Origin: Methanomicrobiales archaeon
Lineage (GTDB): Archaea; Halobacteriota; Methanomicrobia; Methanomicrobiales; JACTUA01
Direction: 5' to 3'
Assembly (NCBI GenBank): GCA_030019205.1
Contig: JASEFH010000008.1
Location: 6,207 to 70,206, forward strand
Length of the DNA stretch: 64,000 nucleotides
Under the pieces are notes generated by a model that did not search any database, was not told the origin of the DNA, and saw nothing but the letters and a program-made list of their open reading frames with translations. Below are positions 61,099 through 64,000 of this stretch, one piece after another; position 1 is the stretch's first letter; the number at the start of each line of letters is the position of its first letter. The translations under genes were made by a program, and so were the position numbers.

Positions 61099-62415
61099 GT
61101 GAAGACGGCTATCCTGGGAGGGGGATTGACAGGCATCACCCTGGCCCGGCTGCTGTACGAGTGTGGGGAGGATGTCATCGTTCTCGAGCGGGAAGCGGCG
61201 TACGGCGGATTATGCCGCTCCCATTCGGAGTCGGGTTTCACCTTCGATGTGGGTGGATCGCACATCATCTTCTCCCGGGACGCGGAGGTTCTCGGCTTCA
61301 TGCTGGAGCAGCTGGGCGCCAACCGGAACGAGAACAGCCGCAATACCAAGGTGTACTACAAGGGGCGGTACATCAAGTATCCCTTCGAGAACGGTTTGTC
61401 CGGGCTTCCCAGGGAGGATCTCTTCTACTGCATCAACGAGTTCATCAAGACCCTGATCGCTTCGGAAAAAGGAGAATTGAAACCCCCTTCCAACTTCCAG
61501 GAGTGGATCGTGCATACGTTCGGCAGAGGGATAGCCGAGACCTACCTGATCCCCTACAACGAGAAGATCTGGAAGTTTCCGACCGATAAGATGTCCCACC
61601 ATTGGGTCGAGGGGCGGATCCCGCGCCCTCCGGTCGAGGATGTGATCCGCTCGGCGATCGGGATCGAGACGGAAGGGTATACCCACCAGTCCCGGTTCCA
61701 CTACCCGCTCCGCGGCGGAATCGAAACCCTGATCCGCTCGATCGCCGCACCGCTTCAGGATGCCATCCGCACGGGATTCGCTGTCTCATCCGTCCGCGGA
61801 ACCGAAGGGGACTGGATCGTGGGCGACGGAGACGAGGAGATCCGCTGCGAACGTATCATCTCCACGATACCCCTGCAGCAGCTGTTGGGATCCCTGGACG
61901 GGGTTCCCGAAGACGTGGGGCGGGCCTGCAGGGAGCTGAAGTACAACTCGCTCGCAACCATCTGCATCGGCGTGAGAGGCCGCGTTCCCGGGATCTCCTG
62001 GATGTACGTCCCTCAGGCGGAGCTGGGGCTCTTCAACAGGCTCTCCTTTCCCTCCAACTTCAGCCCGGAGGTGGCGCCGCCGGGGCACGCGTCCATCCTC
62101 GCTGAGGTTACGTACCGCCAGGGGGACGAGGTAGCTACGATGCCGGATTCCACTCTGATCCAGCATACCCTAGATGGCCTCGAACGAATGGAAATCCTGT
62201 CCCGTTCGGACGTGGTCTACACGCGGGTAGAACGCCAGAAGTATGCCTACGTCATCTACGACCTGGACTACCCCCGGAACATCGCAAAGGTGAAGGAGTA
62301 CTGTGCACGGCGGCGGATCGGGCTTGTGGGCCGATTTGCGGAGTTCGAGTACCTGAATATGGACGGCTGCATTCGAAACGCGATGAACTACGTGGGGGCG
62401 AGGAGATGCGCGTGA
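61099..62415 (+). CDS. FAD/NAD(P)-binding oxidoreductase (protoporphyrinogen-oxidase / UDP-galactopyranose-mutase-like fold)
   Basis: GTG start. Rossmann motif 'AILGGGLTGITLARLL..VIVLEREAAYGGLCRS', then 'GGSHIIFS' and 'FHYPLRGGIETL'. Overlaps the downstream glycosyltransferase gene. Confidence 0.75.
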   Translation: MKTAILGGGLTGITLARLLYECGEDVIVLEREAAYGGLCRSHSESGFTFDVGGSHIIFSRDAEVLGFMLEQLGANRNENSRNTKVYYKGRYIKYPFENGLSGLPREDLFYCINEFIKTLIASEKGELKPPSNFQEWIVHTFGRGIAETYLIPYNEKIWKFPTDKMSHHWVEGRIPRPPVEDVIRSAIGIETEGYTHQSRFHYPLRGGIETLIRSIAAPLQDAIRTGFAVSSVRGTEGDWIVGDGDEEIRCERIISTIPLQQLLGSLDGVPEDVGRACRELKYNSLATICIGVRGRVPGISWMYVPQAELGLFNRLSFPSNFSPEVAPPGHASILAEVTYRQGDEVATMPDSTLIQHTLDGLERMEILSRSDVVYTRVERQKYAYVIYDLDYPRNIAKVKEYCARRRIGLVGRFAEFEYLNMDGCIRNAMNYVGARRCA

Positions 62416-63383
62416 ACATCTTCGTGGAGGATCTGCTCTTTTTCAAGTACATCGGGTGTGCAACAGCGGCAAGGACGCTCTACCGGCAGCTATCGCGGAT
62501 GAACGAGCTCGACATTTCATGGAACTCGAACGCCTATGATTACGATCTCGTCCACTATCACACCTTCGGCCCTCTATCGCTCTTCAACCGCAAGTACTCG
62601 CAGGGGGTCAAGGTGCTGACCGCTCACTCCACGCCCCGCATCAACGAGGGCAACGTAGCATTCTCGCACTCCATCAACCAGTATTACCCCCGCATCTACA
62701 GGAAGTTCGATCACATCATCACCATATCCGCCCCGTGCCAGCGGGAAGTGGAGAGGATGCACCTGGGCGTCCCCACCACTCTCATCCCCAACGGCATCGA
62801 CCGCGAATTTTTCAGGCGCGATGCGCAGAAACGGCAGCAGTTCCGCGAGAGGTACGGTATCGGGGAGGATGAGAGGGTGGTACTCACGGTCGCACAGCAG
62901 ACACCCCGCAAGGGGATATACGATTTCCTTCAGCTCTCGAAGCAGTTCCCCGATCTCAGATGGGTGTGGGTGGGGGGCTTCCCCTATGGAGCCCTGAGCA
63001 AGGACTACCTCCACATCGAGCAGTCGAAACTGCAGTGCGGGAAGAACGTGCTGTTCACCGGCATCGTTCCGGACATTGTGGGGGCGTACAGCGGCGCGGA
63101 CATCTTCTTCATGCCCTCGTACGCGGAGACCTTCGGTCTCGTGATCCTGGAGGCGATGTCCTGCGATCTCCCCCTCATCGTCCGCGGAATACCCGAGTTC
63201 CGGGAGATCTACGGCGATATGGCGCTGTACTTCTTCGACCTGGATCAGGCAGCGGCGCTTCTGAAGGACGAGGCAGCACTGCGGAGGTGCGCGGCGAATG
63301 CCCGCGAGAACTCAGCGGCATTCGATATCAAGAGAGTTGCGGAGATGCACCGGCATCTCTACAGGGAGCTGACAGGAGCATGA
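62406..63383 (+). CDS. Glycosyltransferase, GT-B fold (GT4/'group 1' type)
   Basis: C-terminal 'ADIFFMPSYAETFGLVILEAMSCDLPLIV' is the EX7E-type GT4 signature. Confidence 0.85.
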   Translation: MRVNIFVEDLLFFKYIGCATAARTLYRQLSRMNELDISWNSNAYDYDLVHYHTFGPLSLFNRKYSQGVKVLTAHSTPRINEGNVAFSHSINQYYPRIYRKFDHIITISAPCQREVERMHLGVPTTLIPNGIDREFFRRDAQKRQQFRERYGIGEDERVVLTVAQQTPRKGIYDFLQLSKQFPDLRWVWVGGFPYGALSKDYLHIEQSKLQCGKNVLFTGIVPDIVGAYSGADIFFMPSYAETFGLVILEAMSCDLPLIVRGIPEFREIYGDMALYFFDLDQAAALLKDEAALRRCAANARENSAAFDIKRVAEMHRHLYRELTGA

Positions 63384-64000
63384 TATCTGTAGTCGTTCCC
63401 ACCTACAACGAGGAGGGCAATATCGAGGCCTGCCTTCAGTCCCTCTCGCGGCAGACGCTCGATCGAAGCGAATACGAGATCATCGTGGTCGATGGGAACT
63501 CTCACGACCGCACCCGCGAGGTTGCAGAGCCCCTCGCGGATGTGGTGATGATCCAGACGAGTAAAAAGGTCGGCGGTGCGAGGAACGATGGCGCCCTGCG
63601 GTCGAGCGGGGATATCATCGCCACTACGGATGCGGACTGCATCCTGCCTCCCGAGTGGCTCTCCGTGATCGCCGAGGACTTCCGGCGGCACCATCCCGTG
63701 CAGCTCTATGGGCCGGTATACCCCCGGGAGAAGGGGATAAAACACTCCCTATCCCTCCTTGGCGCCAACACATTCGCGCGACTGGGCTACTATACCCGCA
63801 CCATCTACTTCACCCTCGGGTGCAACACCGCCTTCGATCGGGAGGCGTTCATGCGCGCCGGCATGTACCGCTGCATCGATGCCGGGGACGACCTGGAGAT
63901 CGCCAGAAGGATGCGGAGACTGGGGAAGGTGATGTTCGATCCGAGGATGCGCGTCGGGTTCTCCATGCGGCGGTACCAGCAGTTCGGCACGCTGAAGTCC
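63380..64000 (+). CDS. Glycosyltransferase family 2 (partial; runs off the window end)
   Basis: ATG 63380 forms an ATGA overlap with the previous stop. 'MISVVVPTYNEEGNIEACLQSLSRQT', 'IIVVDGNSHD' and 'IIATTDADCILPPEW' (DxD). The frame is open to nt 64000, so it is absent from the ORF track. Confidence 0.85.
   Translation, partial: MISVVVPTYNEEGNIEACLQSLSRQTLDRSEYEIIVVDGNSHDRTREVAEPLADVVMIQTSKKVGGARNDGALRSSGDIIATTDADCILPPEWLSVIAEDFRRHHPVQLYGPVYPREKGIKHSLSLLGANTFARLGYYTRTIYFTLGCNTAFDREAFMRAGMYRCIDAGDDLEIARRMRRLGKVMFDPRMRVGFSMRRYQQFGTLKS

Overview
GC-rich 64-kb chromosomal segment (roughly 60-65% GC by eye) that reads as a euryarchaeal, methanogen-type genome, probably Methanomicrobia-like. That placement is an inference from gene content: HypD, a fused ADP-forming acetyl-CoA synthetase, a THUMP-type tRNA G10 methyltransferase, an intron-containing tRNA, leaderless-type TATA promoters and archaeal DUF families.

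Housekeeping blocks I can support:
- grpE-dnaK-dnaJ-dnaJ
- purH
- a LeuA/CimA-family synthase followed by ilvB and ilvN
- malic enzyme, hypD, an MscS channel
- a sodium:solute symporter with a tiny coupled ORF
- the start of a glycosyltransferase cluster
- tRNA-Arg(CCG) and an intron-containing tRNA-Thr(GGU)

Regions worth a second look:
1. A minus-strand cluster at 21.8-25.1 kb: RLAN-like protein, RimK-type ATP-grasp, YkgJ Cys-cluster protein and a GCS2 carboxylate-amine ligase. It has the two-ligase logic of a glutathione-like peptide or thiol pathway. This is my best candidate for an undescribed system.
2. A co-oriented O2/UV damage island at 11.5-18.4 kb: UvdE, three hemerythrins, SOD and a cysteine-free MutY-like glycosylase with a winged-helix tail.
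3. A short family-B DNA polymerase with ablated exonuclease motifs and a non-canonical motif C. It lies downstream of tRNA-Arg and what looks like a decayed tyrosine recombinase.
4. A DUF3800 gene next to tRNA-Thr, broken by two compensating frameshifts.
5. A LeuA/CimA gene whose catalytic N-terminus is out of frame with the only plausible (leaderless) ATG, across a T6 run.

Only about 70% of the window is covered by features I can support. At least a dozen gaps of 0.5-1.4 kb hold only GC-driven shadow ORFs or stitched gene remnants. Several frame breaks sit on homopolymers, so real gene decay and indel-type assembly error both remain possible. I saw no CRISPR array and no rRNA.
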